Assembly: GCA_036229005.1 (NCBI GenBank)
Contig: JAZAMN010000024.1
Coordinates: 64,001-128,000 of the forward strand
Direction of reading: 5' to 3'
DNA: 64,000 nucleotides
From: Myxococcota bacterium
Lineage (GTDB): Bacteria > Myxococcota_A > UBA796 > CAJQPC01
Every line of letters starts with the position of its first letter. Within the stretch, counting starts at the first letter, position 1. The translations under genes and the position numbers were made by a program. Under the pieces are notes generated by a model. That model saw only the letters and a program-made list of their open reading frames with translations. It had not been told where the DNA came from and did not search any database. Shown here piece by piece: positions 63,214 through 64,000 of this stretch.

Positions 63214-63909
63214 ATGTCGCTGCAGATCCTTCACCGCAAGGACCACACCCAGCTCCTGCTGGATCGCCCCCACCGCGCAAACGCCTACGACCGCGCGACC
63301 CTGGAGCGCCTCTCCGCCGCCCTGTCCGATCGCAAGCAGCCTGTCCTCGTTGTCGGCAGCATGGGTGACGGGGCTTTCTGTGCGGGCGCCGATCTCAAAG
63401 AGGTGGGCCACGCAGCCCCCGAAGACGCCCTGGACCTCTTCTCCCAGAAGGTCTTCGCGCAGCTCGCGGCCTTCCCGGGGGTCACCATCGCGGCGGTAGG
63501 TGGGCCCGCGGTCGCTGGGGGATGTGAGCTCGCGCTGGCCTGTGATCTGCGCATCGCCGGGCCCAAGGCGCGCTTCCAGCTCCCCGAGACGGCCCTGGGG
63601 CTCATCCCTGCGGCGGGGGGCTGCAGCCGGCTCCCGACCTTGATCGGAGTGGGGAGGGCGAAGGAGATGGTCCTGCTTGGACGCAGCATCGATGGGCCCA
63701 CCGCTCTGGCCTGGGGGTTGGTCAACCAGCTCGTGGACGACCCCTTGGCCGCAGCCGAGGACATGGCGTCCCAACTCGCTCAGCGCGACCCGCTTGCGCT
63801 GCGCCTGGCCAAGGAGATCCTGAGCCCCGAGCTGGCGGGCTCGCTGGCCCGGGAGCGCGTCAGCGAGGCGCTGCTCTACGGGCGCCGCAACGGCGGGGAG
63901 TCCGCATGA
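63214..63909 (+). CDS. Enoyl-CoA hydratase/isomerase family
   Basis: AFCAGADLKE, AGGCELALACDLR, LPETALGLIPAAGG. Confidence 0.92.
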   Translation: MSLQILHRKDHTQLLLDRPHRANAYDRATLERLSAALSDRKQPVLVVGSMGDGAFCAGADLKEVGHAAPEDALDLFSQKVFAQLAAFPGVTIAAVGGPAVAGGCELALACDLRIAGPKARFQLPETALGLIPAAGGCSRLPTLIGVGRAKEMVLLGRSIDGPTALAWGLVNQLVDDPLAAAEDMASQLAQRDPLALRLAKEILSPELAGSLARERVSEALLYGRRNGGESA

Positions 63910-64000
63910 GGGGCGCGGTCGCAGGAGGGAACACGGACACCGTCGCGGCGGGGATGCGGGCCTTCGAGCTTGGCGGGAACGCCACGGACGCCGCTGTGGC
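63906..64000 (+). CDS. Gamma-glutamyltransferase family, N-terminus only
   Basis: MRGAVAGG..AAGMRAFELGGNATDAAV; ATGA overlap. Confidence 0.7.
   Translation, partial: MRGAVAGGNTDTVAAGMRAFELGGNATDAAV

Overview
High-GC bacterial DNA. A Myxococcota-like origin is inferred from MopE-type/FG-GAP lipoproteins, PEGA proteins, a Ser/Thr kinase and the pilH/pilI/pilD-like gene order. The main element is an extracellular-contractile-injection-system-like (eCIS/CIS) locus at about 30.0-55.0 kb. It encodes an AAA ATPase and a DUF4157 protein on the minus strand, then Pvc16, two sheaths, two tubes, a tail assembly chaperone, DUF6760, a tape-measure-like protein, a tube initiator/LysM protein, hub, gp25, baseplate J, P2-I-like and a fibre-base-like protein. 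Its oddities: the DUF6760 ORF has no usable start codon and sits in the -1 frame behind a GGGGGAA slippery site; the tube initiator carries a Gly-rich tail of about 500 aa; no gp5 spike, PAAR, long fibre or lysis gene is visible; and a ubiquitin-like/TM/C4HC3 zinc-finger protein follows it. The left part holds four radical SAM genes plus a stand-alone SPASM gene (apparently one split enzyme) running into ABC transporter/DegT/pilD, and an FHA-vWA-Ser/Thr kinase module. At least eight genes show a TAnnnT-N6-7-start leaderless signature. No rRNA, tRNA, CRISPR array or IS element was recognised. All calls come from motif recognition by eye; no database searches were run.
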